NCBI GenBank assembly: GCA_903813345.2
Contig: CAIIXF020000001.1
Coordinates: 8,370,001-8,434,000 of the forward strand
Direction of reading: 5' to 3'
Length of the DNA: 64,000 bases
DNA from: Owenia fusiformis
Taxonomy: Eukaryota
Shown: positions 9,796-22,281 of the stretch, piece by piece
Layout of the letters: each line of letters begins with the position of its first letter
Position numbering within the stretch: the first letter of the stretch is position 1
The notes under the pieces: generated by a model
Database searches by the model: none
Told to the model about the DNA's origin: nothing
Seen by the model: only the letters and a program-made list of their open reading frames with translations
Position numbers and translations under genes: made by a program

Positions 9796-12468
9796 ATGGA
9801 ACCAGAGATAAGTGGATTACCTGGCAGAGCAAGCACAGGCTATTGGACGGGAGGAGACTTAGGAGATATGGAAACTCCATCCAACCCCATGAGAAGGAAT
9901 AGAAGAAATCCTCCCCCGAGACCACGATTTCCATTGACATCAACTATAATTAGTAGGCCGTCGGAAAAAGCTCAGATAGCCGAAGAGATGAGAGAACTAA
10001 CCATGATAGAAGGACAGCTTAAAGGGAAGATGTCTGTACTAGGTGATATTGCTGATACCCAGCAGAAACAGCTGAATGCCATAACGACAACTCAGCAGAT
10101 ACAGACCAGTAGTATGTCCCAAATAGTGGAACACCTTGCAGAGAGCAAGAATATTCAACAAGACAGCGAGGAAAAGCATGAAAGGCGACTACAAGAGATT
10201 GTGGGAATACAAGAACGCCGCTTACAAGGGATGCAACATCGCATGGAATCTTTCCAGAAGACTATTTGTGATTCTATTGACAAGTTGCACTCTACTTTGA
10301 CCGTTCCTCAAGTTCAGCGCGAAGCCATTTCGAGGTCACAGACCTATAAAGACGTTGGGTACTCTTCAGAGTTTGATGAGAAACCTATGCCAGATCCTGC
10401 AGAGAAATCTCAAAGGCGACCATTCAGATCACCTACAATGCCAATGAGTCACGGTCAAGATTTAGAAGATGCTAATAATCCTGAGTCACTGGCTCCTCAA
10501 CGGAAGCGACCATGGCCGTTACGAAGGCAAGACAGAGTCTTTGTGCCGCATCAAGACCAGACAGACCATAGAGAACCTACAGATCCAACTAAGATATTTG
10601 ATAAGCCAGATGAAGTGAATCGTTCGAGAAGATGGGATGCTTATAAAGAGTTTAGGAGCCAAAGAGAAAGAGATGGACATCTACCTAGAAGTGGTGATCA
10701 GACAGCACCATCTCTGGCTGAGAGAATTGAAGAAGATAACAAATTCTCGGATTTTTATGCCCCTGAACCGAAGATGTCGAAAGATACTAATATACCTGGT
10801 GTTTCTACAGATTTCCTGAAGATGTTCAACAACTTCTGTGATAAGTTGTCTCAAGATGACAGGTCCAAGTCCAAGAGTCGAATTAAGCCTGACACTTTTA
10901 ATGGAACCACTCCATGGCAAGAGTATCGAGCTTACTTTGAAATTTGCTGTAAAGCCAATAGATGGACTTCAGAGGAGAAGAATGAGTACCTGGCCACAAG
11001 TCTGCGAGGTCCAGCTCAGCAGATTGTGTTGGAGTTGGAAGAGGGATACACCTATGAGCAGTTGATCCTAGCTTTGGAGAAGAGGTTTGGGCCTGGAGGT
11101 AAGGCTGAGTTATATGAAGCTGAACTCGTCAGCAGAATAAGAAAACCAAAAGAGTCTCTTGAGGCATTGGGCCAGGACATTCGAAGGCTAACAGCATTGG
11201 CATACCCTGAGATGAGTAGATCAGCCCAAGACCGCCTAGCCAGACGTAGCTTTGAACAAGCTATAATAGAAGAAGACATACGCAGAGCGATCCACGCAAA
11301 AGAATGTACAACTCTGGATAAGGCGATAGAAATTGCTCTGAAGGAAGAGTCCTACTTAGAGTCTGAACGGATTCGGAAAGGACAAAAGCCAAAGTACAGT
11401 AGAGTGAGTGCGGTGCAAGAAAAAGAGAGTGAGTTCAAGCAGATTACCCAGCTGATAGAGAATATCCAGAAAAGTATGCAAGTGGAATGCAGCAAGAACT
11501 TAGAGAAGATAGCGGAGTTAGTGGAACAACAGAAGAAGCCTAAGTCGGAATCAGGGGCAAACCGAATTAGAAAAGTGGAGTGTTTCTACTGCCATAAATT
11601 AGGACATGTTATTGCCAACTGTTACACTAGAAAATGTGCAGAAAAAATCAAGGAAGCTAAAGAGAGGCAGAGTCAAGTTGCTACAGTAAGGTTCCAATCG
11701 CTACAAGGGAAGGATGTCAAATCTTCCAGAGATACTAAGAGGATAGTGGCTTCTGGAAAAGTTTGTGACATGAATGTTGATTTCCTTGTAGACTCGGGTG
11801 CAGTTAGTAGTATATTGAGTTTACGGATCTACAGAGAGATCCCTGAAGACGTAAGACCCGAGCTTGAGCCACAAAAGAGGATCATTTTGCAAGCTGGCGG
11901 AGAACCTTTAGCTGTTGCAGGTGTTATACACGTTGACGTACACATAGATGATCATAAACAAAATTTAGAAGTATTCGTGGCTGACATTGAGTTTGATGGA
12001 ATTCTCGGTAGCGACTATTTAGCAGCTTCAAGGGCAATATTGGACTATGGCAAATGTTCAATGACTTTTGGACCAGAGAGTCCTAGTGCTGCTCAGATAG
12101 TTAGAGATACCAAACCGTCAACCAATCTGAAGAGTGAAACCCAGAACAAGCAGATTCTTGGAAAAAGAGCAGCCAACCCTTCAGAGAAAGTGACTCATCG
12201 ACCAATAGCATCCAAGAGGAGGACCTTGGATTTACCAGATGGTCACCCGTTTCATGAGCAGCGATATGACAGAGACAGGAGATTGAACAAAGTCCCTGGA
12301 CACCGAGATAACGACCAAAGTACTTCGAGTCATGAAGGCATGCCAAGTACTTATCAAGTGAAGGTGCCTTTGGCTAGAATATATCGAGGAAGATATCAGA
12401 GGCCTCGGCAGAGGAGCGAGATAGATGATAACTGGAGGAAGGGTTCCTGGAACCAAAGAGCAACTTAG
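9796..12468 (+). CDS. gag: Gag-protease polyprotein (890 aa); no RT, RNase H or integrase
   Basis: Gypsy capsid-like segment KPDTFNGTTPWQEYRAYFEICCKANRWTSEEKNEYLATSLRG. CCHC knuckle CFYCHKLGHVIANC. Aspartic protease FLVDSGA...ILGSDYL. No YxDD or DDE motifs and only ~440 bp remain before the 3' LTR. Confidence 0.93.
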   Translation: MEPEISGLPGRASTGYWTGGDLGDMETPSNPMRRNRRNPPPRPRFPLTSTIISRPSEKAQIAEEMRELTMIEGQLKGKMSVLGDIADTQQKQLNAITTTQQIQTSSMSQIVEHLAESKNIQQDSEEKHERRLQEIVGIQERRLQGMQHRMESFQKTICDSIDKLHSTLTVPQVQREAISRSQTYKDVGYSSEFDEKPMPDPAEKSQRRPFRSPTMPMSHGQDLEDANNPESLAPQRKRPWPLRRQDRVFVPHQDQTDHREPTDPTKIFDKPDEVNRSRRWDAYKEFRSQRERDGHLPRSGDQTAPSLAERIEEDNKFSDFYAPEPKMSKDTNIPGVSTDFLKMFNNFCDKLSQDDRSKSKSRIKPDTFNGTTPWQEYRAYFEICCKANRWTSEEKNEYLATSLRGPAQQIVLELEEGYTYEQLILALEKRFGPGGKAELYEAELVSRIRKPKESLEALGQDIRRLTALAYPEMSRSAQDRLARRSFEQAIIEEDIRRAIHAKECTTLDKAIEIALKEESYLESERIRKGQKPKYSRVSAVQEKESEFKQITQLIENIQKSMQVECSKNLEKIAELVEQQKKPKSESGANRIRKVECFYCHKLGHVIANCYTRKCAEKIKEAKERQSQVATVRFQSLQGKDVKSSRDTKRIVASGKVCDMNVDFLVDSGAVSSILSLRIYREIPEDVRPELEPQKRIILQAGGEPLAVAGVIHVDVHIDDHKQNLEVFVADIEFDGILGSDYLAASRAILDYGKCSMTFGPESPSAAQIVRDTKPSTNLKSETQNKQILGKRAANPSEKVTHRPIASKRRTLDLPDGHPFHEQRYDRDRRLNKVPGHRDNDQSTSSHEGMPSTYQVKVPLARIYRGRYQRPRQRSEIDDNWRKGSWNQRAT

Positions 12469-12892
12469 CAGCAGAGTTGTGAGTTAGACATTTTATAGCT
12501 AACTTGTTTGTTAGAGACTTGAAATCGCAAGTCACCCTTAGCCGGAAGTTGCAATTCTTTTGAAAATAGAAGTTTGCATTTCATGTAGTTAGAAATTTTT
12601 GTTTTGGACATTTAACAGTTTTAGGAAACCATAAGATAATGTGTCCAGGATTTTAAAATCTTACATGTACATTGTTTTAGCAATTAGTATTGTTGGTTTG
12701 TACAAATTTTGTAAAGTTTGTTTTTGTAAATTATAGTTAGATTTTCGTGTACATAGTGAGACATTTTGTAAGTTGTACTAGCAACTAGTTGCAAACAATT
12801 GTACAGTTGTATTTCGTTAAGATAGCTAAGTCAGCAAAATTTTGTTATTTTTTTTGTACTTTAAGCTTGGTGTTGTAAACACCAAATTCATT

Positions 12893-12904
12893 GGATTGGA
12901 GGAG
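12893..12904 (+). promoter_or_regulatory. Polypurine-tract-like segment
   Basis: GGATTGGAGGAG directly abuts the TG of the 3' LTR. Confidence 0.6.
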
Positions 12905-15900
12905 TGTAACAAAATTTTGAATTTTTTATTTTTTATTTAGTGCTGTGTACTCGCTATTGTACATTTATTACACTTGATTTGTGTTTCCCATGTGAGATCA
13001 TTAAGATCGTAACGTGTAGCAATGTTTGCAGTACTTTAGTTGTAGTTACAGGGGTGAAATAGCGTTTTCATGACTTCGAATTGGGATTTAATTTATGTTG
13101 ATCAGGTAGTCGATCGGGTACTTTAAATGGAGGTCACTTTTTGGAATTTACTTCCTGCTTCTTATTCTATCGAACCGAAGTAAAACTAGAGTAAGTAGCG
13201 ATCAATTACTGTTAGATTTATTAAGTTCCAATTATTATCTTGTTGTGTGAGCAATATTAAAGCGGAATATGGCGTCAATAACTTGTTATTTAACTTTGAA
13301 ATCTTGTTCGTAAAGTGATGACGTCACCAAGCCTATAAAAGTATTTCGCCGATGTAAACTCGGCAGATTACAGCAAGCTTTTGACTGGGACAGAGCTCCG
13401 TTCGAAATATTTTGTGATTTCTAACAATTTTGATTTTGTTGGACTTTGACATTTTCTGTACATGATAACTTCGACTTAGAATGTTTCTGACTGGCACTTG
13501 GGAATATTCTCTGACTTTGTTTCTGTTCACATGTACCTGGCTGTAGACGAATCTACTTGAGGTTAAACTTGGACAAAATCAATTTTGTTGGACTTATGCC
13601 TTTTATCTGTAGATGATAACTTAGACTTGGGATATTTTCATACTTTGAAATATTCTTTGACTTTGTTTCGTGATACATCTACCTAGTAGGACTTATGCAT
13701 TTTAGCTGTAGATGATAACCTAGACTTGGAATATTTTCATACTTTGAAATATTCTTTGACTTTTTTCTGTGATACATCTACCTGGAGTTGGAGTTGTACA
13801 TTTTTCTGTAGATGATAACTTAGACTTGGAATATTTTCATACTTCGAAATATTCTTTGACTTTGTTCTGTGATACATCTACCTGGAGTTGGACTTGTACA
13901 TTTTGCTGTAGATGATAACTTGGACTTAGAATATTTTAATCAATTTTTAATATTCTTTGACTTTGTTCTGTGATACATCTACCTAGTTGGACTTATACAT
14001 TTTTCTGTAGATGATAACTTGGACTTAGAATATTTTAATCATTTTTAATATTCTTTGACTTTGTTCTGTGATACATCTACCTGGAGTTGGACTTGTACAT
14101 TTTTCTGTAGATGCTAACTTGGACTTAGAATATTTTAATCATTTTCAATATTCTTTGACTTTGTTCTGTGATACATCTACCTGAAGTTGGACTTGTATAT
14201 TTTGCTGTGGATGCTAACTTGGACTTCGAATATTTTAATCATTTTTAATATTCTTTGACTTTGTTCTGTGATACATCTACCGGGAGTTGGAGTTGTACAT
14301 TTTGCTGTAGATGCTAACTTGGACTTAGAATATTTTAATCATTTTAAATATTCTTTGACTTTGTTCTGTGATACATCTACCTGGAGTTAGACTTATACAT
14401 TTTAGTCGTTTATACTAACTTGGACTTAGAGTATTTCTTACTCACACTTTGAAATATTCTTCGACTTTGTTCTATTTGAAGTTTGACTTAGATAATTTAT
14501 TGTGAAACTTCCTCACTGAAGACGTTCCAGTTGACTTTGTCGAACGGACTCACTGAGGCTGGGTCTTTATTTCAGCGACTGTCGAACGGACTTCCTGTAG
14601 AAGAGGATCCATTGGACTTACCCAGAGGAGGCTACCTGAGGGAGAAGAGGATCCACTGGACTTAGCTGAAGAGGCTACCTGAGGGAGAAGAGGATCCATT
14701 GGACTTAGCCAGAGGAGGCTACCTGAGGGAGAAGAGGATCCACTGGACTTAGCTGAAGAGGCTACCTGAGGGAGAAGACGTTCCAGTTGACTTTGTCGAA
14801 CGGACTCACTGAGGCTGGGTCTTTATTTCAGCGACTTTGTCGAACGGACTTCCTTAGGAAGAGGATCCATTGGACTTAGCCAGAGGCTACCTGAGGGAGA
14901 AAAGGATCCATTGGACTAAGCCAGAGGAGGCTACCTGAGGGAGAAGAGGATCCACTGGACTTAGCTGAAGAGGCTACCTGAGGGAGAAGAGGATCCATTG
15001 GACTTAGCCAGAGGAGGCTACCTGAGGGAGAAGAGGATCCATTGGACTTAGCTGAAGAGGCTACCTGAGGGAGAAGACGTTCCAGTTGACTTTGTCGAAC
15101 GGACTCACTGAGGCTGGGTCTTTATTTTAGCGACTTTGTCGAACGGACTTCCTGAGGAAGGTGATCCATTGGACTTACCCAGAGGAGGCTACCTGAGGGA
15201 GAAGAGGATCCACTGGACTTAGCTGAAGAGGCTACCTGAGGGAGAAGAGGATCCATTGGACTTAGCCGGAGGAGGCTACCTGAGGGAGAAGAGGATCCAT
15301 TGGACTTCACCGGAAGAGGCTACCTGAGGGAGACGTTCCAGTTGACTTTGTCGAACGGACTCACTGAGGCTGGGTCTTTATTTTAGCGACTTTGTCGAAC
15401 GGACTTCCTGAGGAAGGTGATCCATTGGACTTACCCAGAAGAGGCTACCTGAGGGAGAAGAGGATCCATTGGACTTAGCCAGAGGAGGCTACCTGAGGGA
15501 GAAGACGTTCCAATTGACTTTGTCGAACGGACTCACTGAGGCTGGGTCTTTATTTTAGCGACTTTGTCGAACGGACTTCCTGAGGAAGGTGATCCATTGG
15601 ACTTACCCAGAGGAGGCTACCTGAGGGAGAAGAGGATCCACTGGACTTAGCTGAAGAGGCTACCTGAGGGAGAAGAAGATCCATTGGACTTACCCAGAGG
15701 AGGCTACCTGAGGGAGAAGAGGATCCATTGGACTTAGCCAGAGGCTACCTGAGGGAGAAGAGGATCCATTGGACTTAGCCAGAGGAGGCTACCTGAGGGA
15801 GAAGAGGATCCATTGGACTTAGCTGAAGAGGCTACCTGAGGGAGAAGACGTTCCAGTTGACTTTGTCGAACGGACTCACTGAGGCTGGGTCTTTATTTTA

Positions 15901-17585
15901 GCGACTTTGTCGAACGGACTTCCTGAGGAAGGTGATCCATTGGACTTACCCAGAGGAGGCTACCTGAGGGAGAAGAGGATCCACTGGACTTAGCTGAAGA
16001 GGCTACCTGAGGGAGAAGAGGATCCATTGGACTTAGCCGGAGGAGGCTACCTGAGGGAGAAGAGGATCCATTGGACTTCACCGGAAGAGGCTACCTGAGG
16101 GAGACGTTCCAGTTGACTTTGTCGAACGGACTCACTGAGGCTGGGTCTTTATTTTAGCGACTTTGTCGAACGGACTTCCTGAGGAAGGTGATCCATTGGA
16201 CTTACCCAGAAGAGGCTACCTGAGGGAGAAGAGGATCCATTGGACTTAGCCAGAGGAGGCTACCTGAGGGAGAAGACGTTCCAGTTGACTTTGTCAAACG
16301 GACTCACTGAGGCTGGGTCTTTATTTTAGCGACTTTGTCGAACGGACTTCCTGAGGAAGGTGATCCATTGGACTTACCCAGAGGAGGCTACCTGAGGGAG
16401 AAGAGGATCCACTGGACTTAGCTGAAGAGGCTACCTGAGGGAGAAGAAGATCCATTGGACTTACCCAGAGGAGGCTACCTGAGGGAGAAGACGTTCCATT
16501 GGACTTAGCCGGAGGAGGCTACCTGAGGGAGAAGAGGGTCCATTGGACTTCACTGGAAGAGGCTACCTGAGGGAGACGTTCCAGTTGACTTTGTCGAACG
16601 GACTCACTGAGGCTGGGTCTTTATTTTAGCGACTTTGTCGAACGGACTTCCTGAGGAAGGTGATCCATTGGACTTAGCCAGAGGAGGCTACCTGAGGGAG
16701 AAGAGGATCCACTGGACTTAGCTGAAGAGGCTACCTGAGGGAGAAGAGGATCCATTGGACTTAGCCAGAGGAGGCTACCTGAGGGAGAAGACGTTCCAGT
16801 TGACTTTGTCGAACGGACTCACTGAGGCTGGGTCTTTATTTCAGCGACTTTGTCGAACGGACTTCCTGAGGAAGGTGATCCATTGGACTAAGCCGGAAGA
16901 GGCTACCTGAGGGAGAAGAGGATCTATTGGACTAAGCCGGAGGAGGCTACCTGAGGGAGAAGAGGATCCACTGGACTAAGCCGGAAGAGGCTACCTGAGG
17001 GAGAAGACGTTCCAATTGACTTTGTCGAACGGACTTCCTGAGGAAGGTGATCCATTGGACTTAGCCGGAGGAGGCTACCTGAGGGAGAAGAGGATCTATT
17101 GGACTTAGCCGGAGCAGGCTACCTGAGGGAGAAGAGGATCCACTAGACTTAGCCGGAGGAGGCTACCTGAGGGAGAAGAGGATACACTGGACTTAGCCGG
17201 AGGAGGCTACCTGCACGAGACAAGATACTGGTCCTTGTATGGAACTGGATGTTCTTTTCATCGCTTTGATTGTGTGACTTCAATCCAATCCCACAATTGA
17301 TGTTTATATGTATAGACTCACAGTGAATAATAATAACAATAACAACAACAACAACGAACATTGGTTCTATTCAAGTTTATTGCAAGGACATTTTGCTATT
17401 TGATGTACACAATTTTGGGCCTACAGACGCCACAATATATCGTTTGTTGTGTAATAAATATAATTGAATGTTCTGTTGAATCTTTGGTGCAAACACATTT
17501 AACGTGTGTCACGTAACCCACAAGGTATACAGAGGTCTATTAGTCCACACTACCATAATATCCACAAAAGGGCCTAACTGTTACA
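12905..17585 (+). repeat. 3' LTR (4681 bp), containing both tandem arrays
   Basis: Copy of the 5' LTR with one extra 100-bp unit (~13810-13910) and a visible substitution (13104 A vs 5351 G). Confidence 0.96.
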
Positions 17586-18225
17586 ATATATTCATATATG
17601 TTGGTTACGATATCAACAGCTCATTGAAATTTAAAGAAATCAAAAGTAATCTCTGATACTTCTAAAAAATTTAATTTAAACTATATTATCCAATGATGCA
17701 AATAATCGTGACGTAGGATTCGAGTTTGTGTATATCACTTTAGTGTCACAAGGATTAAAGGAAACTTGGTGCAGGTAGCTCGAAGTGGAGTTTTGCTATC
17801 TCTTATGTTTCTGCTATTTAGGTTATTTATTAACCTTATGAGTAAGTATTTTTATTATTAACATTGCAACTAAAGTAAATTATTAATGATTGTTGAAATC
17901 TAAAAGTTTATATTTCACTTGAAAATTTGATTTATTGTGAGGGAAGATGTCACAGTCAGAACTCATACTTTCTAAAAACAGAAAAGGTCTACACCCAGAA
18001 ATATGAATCATTTGGAAAATTAACACAGTCCTTATTAAATTGAATAATACAAACTGATGACAGGGACGTGAAAAGTTGTTTATGTGCCACACCCACTCTC
18101 TTTGGAATGTGGCCATGCCGTGAGGGAGGTTTACGCGGTCACGGAAATTATAGTACAGTTGGGGACAAAAATAAATGACAGGTCGATTTTCGATCACCAT
18201 TTCCTAATTATGGTGGTCTGAAAGC

Positions 18226-18696
18226 TAGTGTTGTCGCGATTAATCGATACATCGCGATATACATCGCCAAAGCTGGTTCTGGCGATGCAACGATGTCTGA
18301 AACAAAACATCGATGTTTTTGAAAAAAATAAATTTGCTAAAAATCGCCCTTTCTTATCTTATTTTGACGCAAATTGCTTACCTTTTTTCATGTCTGATTA
18401 CATTTTCCAATGTTTTCTGATATTCTTTCGCTTTATAACTGTTTTAGCTAGTCGAAATGAACCATTAATCTAAAAGAAATTACTTTACTTTCATTTCACC
18501 GTTACTAGAAGTTCCCGGATGTACCACCGTACTCTTATTAATTTGTTCTGTTCGGTATTTTAGTGCATTAGCGTTCGGTATTTTAGTGCACTTTTCTCGA
18601 ACTTTTTCTCGATGTACATCGCGATGTGCATCGATGTTTACTACTGAAAATTGCCGATGTATCGATGTACGATTATGCCACATCGCGACAACACTA
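18226..18696. mobile_element. hAT-type MITE
   Basis: TIR TAGTGTTGTCGCGAT / ATCGCGACAACACTA. Perfect 8-bp TSD CTGAAAGC at 18218-18225 and 18697-18704. ACATCG subterminal repeats. Confidence 0.9.
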
Positions 18697-21600
18697 CTGA
18701 AAGCCCATAATTTCCAATATTGTCTAGATATATATCCCTTAAAATTTGTATATTTTACATTTTGTATAATCTCATCCACTGATGTATGGCCTCTTGTAAA
18801 TTCTCTTATTTTTAACATGGGAAATCCTCACTTCAGCAAATCCACCTGTCATTTATTTATGTCCCCAACTGTATTTAACTTTTTGTCAAAACCAAGACAT
18901 CAGTGATTTGAGATTCCATAAACCCGAACAGGTTGCAAACAATGGCAAGCAAATCATTGAATTGAATAATATTACCTCTACTACCTCTATATAATATTTA
19001 TCTCCTGATAGATACCATATAAAGTAAAACAAGTGTTTGAATTACCCCCATGCTAGTGTTCGGAATTACCCCCTAAAAAATCTCCTGTTTGGATTTACCC
19101 CCCTAAAACACATTGTAGTTAAAGTGGTATAACCCAGATTTTTTGACAATTTATAGGAATTTTTTTCTGTAAATGCATTTTACAGCACCTAATTCACATA
19201 ACATATTTAAAATTATTCTACAGATGTGCTGTACAGCCAAGCTAACTACATTTTTTGATGGGGGTGTTTGGAAATAGACGTATTGACTCTATATATATGC
19301 AGCTTATATGCAACTTCGCACTAGAGTATGCATGATATATTTCTCATGAATTTGAGTTCATATTTCGATTAGTGAAGTAGGGTTATTCTCTGTCAATTCG
19401 CAATTTTGTTTCAATTTTTATGATAAGTTCTTATTAGGAAAGAATAAATCATGTGCGCGAAATGACTGGTTTAAACATGGGCTTTTAATTAGAAATTTGA
19501 AAGCCCATGGTTTAAAATGATCACAATCCGCATGCACGCGCGTGCCATGTTTTTCCAGTCCTTTTTATTGGGCCCTTTATTGTTCTATGGGAATTTGTAT
19601 TTTTTGGTACGAGATAAATCTTTACCCGTGAATCATTACTAGTATGTCCACGGGATGTCATCGCCTGATTTGGTCAATGTTAGGGAGCAGGTCGTTTTTA
19701 CAATAAATTTCAATATTTTCACACAAAATATTTTTTTACTGAAAAACTGCTCATTCGCAGAGAAAATGTACTAGCACATGCAATGACAATGTCAATCACG
19801 CTTCTGTACTAAATTCGGCGGAAGTCTTTTATAATCTAATACGAAGTTACTAAAAGAGGCGCGAACGCCCTACACTCAAAATGATCGTTTTTCCATTATA
19901 ACTTTTTAACGTAATTTAACGAAGGCTTCTAATTATTATCCAAGATAGTCTAAATACCGATTAAAATATTTCTTACTTCAAACAGATACGCCGTCTTTTA
20001 TTCAATTTTTTAAAAAATAATAAAAAATAACTCTTGTCAATGTTAGGGAGCAGTCAATGTTAGGGAGCAAAATGATTTTATCAGAATATTAAAAATGTAG
20101 CAAATGGCCATTTAAAATATGTATGGCATTTATAAACTGAACAATTTTGTTTGTATGATTATTTGATACCCTTTGGGGAGGAAAGCGTTAAAATTGTAAG
20201 AAAATCATTGAAAAGGTTATTTTGCATTTTTTATTTTCAGCTAAATCCTGTTTACGTTCGTTTTAGAAATATTTAGATGCGAACCATTCCTTCTTTATTC
20301 GTTGACCTCTAACTGTAAATGAATGGATGTATCGTTATATACACTTTTTGATGATGTCATCAGTTCACAATCCTAAATTGTGGATGATAAATTATCTGAA
20401 CTGATATATAGGCTTGAGAAATCTCCGACATCCTTCAGTTCTATGATTTGATATTTTCCTAGTATTAAAGTAAGAGAGTTAGTCTCGCACTTATCTTTAC
20501 GACCGGGTATCACCTGATAGCTGGCACAAACGCTATGAAGGGCTCATTGCGCAGTTACATGTATGATAGTAGATTTTTACACGTATACTTCAATTTGTCA
20601 ATACTCAGACAATGCAGTATATAACCGATCTCTGTTATATGTGTACCACTTGCTAATGATACTCTAAAGCCCGGTATACACCAATGGGACAAGTTGGGAC
20701 CTCCATAGACTTAACATGGCGTGGGACCTAGTGGGACCTTTTGGGATTTTGCCCCATGAAGTCCGTGGGAATCAATGGGACTCCGTCGGATTTCGCCCCA
20801 CTGCATTGTTTGCTCCGCCACATTGATCATACTTATTTTTTATTATTTAAAAAAATTAAAGAAAGGTGTACCTGTTTGAAGTAAAAAATATTTCAATATG
20901 TACTGAGATTATCCATGATAATAATTAACTTTCCTTCGTCAAAAATCTTTGAGAGTCCATTTTCTGCAGATAACAAAAATGCAAAACAATTTTTTTTATC
21001 GATTTTGTTAAATTTTGTTAAGGCAAGGGGTTTAAAATAATCATTCAAACAATATTGTTTAGTTTATAAATGCCATACATATTTTAAATGGCCATTTGCT
21101 ACATTTTTAATATTCTGATGTTGGTGAGTTGAGTAACATAAACCAAAAAGGCTAAAAACAGTTATCATACACTCCTTTGTATGTTGAAGGACAATTTGAA
21201 AATGATTGATTTTGGTGTATAGCAGGTTGGGCATGTCTTCTGATTGGGGGAGAATGCTGGCTGGTCGGGTTATAATCTGCAGTAATTCAAAATTTAAGCC
21301 AGGGTAAATAATAGATTTTTTCAACCAGCAAATTGACCTTCAAAGAACTCGAGCATGTATGATTCATTAAACTAATTTTGTAACTAATCATTTTAATTGA
21401 TAGCTATGGAATTCCAGTAAACTTAAAATTGCAAAATAAAATCATATAACAACAGCTACATTTTTAGGGATCTCATAGCACCAAAAATTGGAAAACATTT
21501 TCAAAACAATTTCAAAATCTTTGAATTATGAAATAGCAGAACCACATGTCTAAATTCTTATTTTATGCCTTAATGGATATTCTAAATGTGGTTTAGAAAT

Positions 21601-22281
21601 AAATAACAAGTATCATTCACTTTCAGTTTTATCAACATTTGCATAGTTGTGTGAGTTCACTATATTTATGTCGCAGGTTTATTTTGTGGTGAAATAATTG
21701 CTTTTTATAAGAGGGAGTGTATTGATCAGCAGTTATGCTGTATTCATTCACTTTTTCACACAGTATGTTTAAATTTTGTTTAATATTTTGCCTCATGGTT
21801 CACTCTTTTAGTTTTTAACTATAATAGACAGGCAATGGTAATTGAAATATATACGAGTATTCAGATATGTTGACATAAACATCTGAGTTTATTAATGTAG
21901 AAGCCTCATTCATTTGTTTACAGTTATCATATTTTATCTAATGATATGACAACTTTTATGTTTCAGATTAGGCTATTAACCTGCGTTAATCCCACAAGTG
22001 GACAATCAACTTAGACAATGGAACAATGAACATAGTGTAAAACACTTCACTTCAACGGAGAATCAAGTACCTGCACTCCCATATTCTAGAAATTCATATT
22101 CATTTCAACTTTTGAAGTTTGGATTTCAATGTAAATACAAGTGACACCATTGCTGTTTCATAGAAATGGAAACACATGGCGTGTTAACCTATGATTCATT
22201 CACTTCAACAAATGCATGGATCTATATGTGAGATTTGAAATTGGATTTTACGTTTTCTGTTTTTCCACATGATATTTGAAG

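Larger units (their letters stand above)
5152..17585 (+). mobile_element. Non-autonomous Ty3/Gypsy-type LTR retrotransposon (gag-protease only) with ~4.6-kb LTRs
   Basis: Both LTRs have TGTAACA...TGTTACA termini. 4-bp TSD ATAT at 5148-5151 and 17586-17589. PBS follows the 5' LTR, a purine-rich tract precedes the 3' LTR, and there is a single internal gag-PR ORF. Confidence 0.96.
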
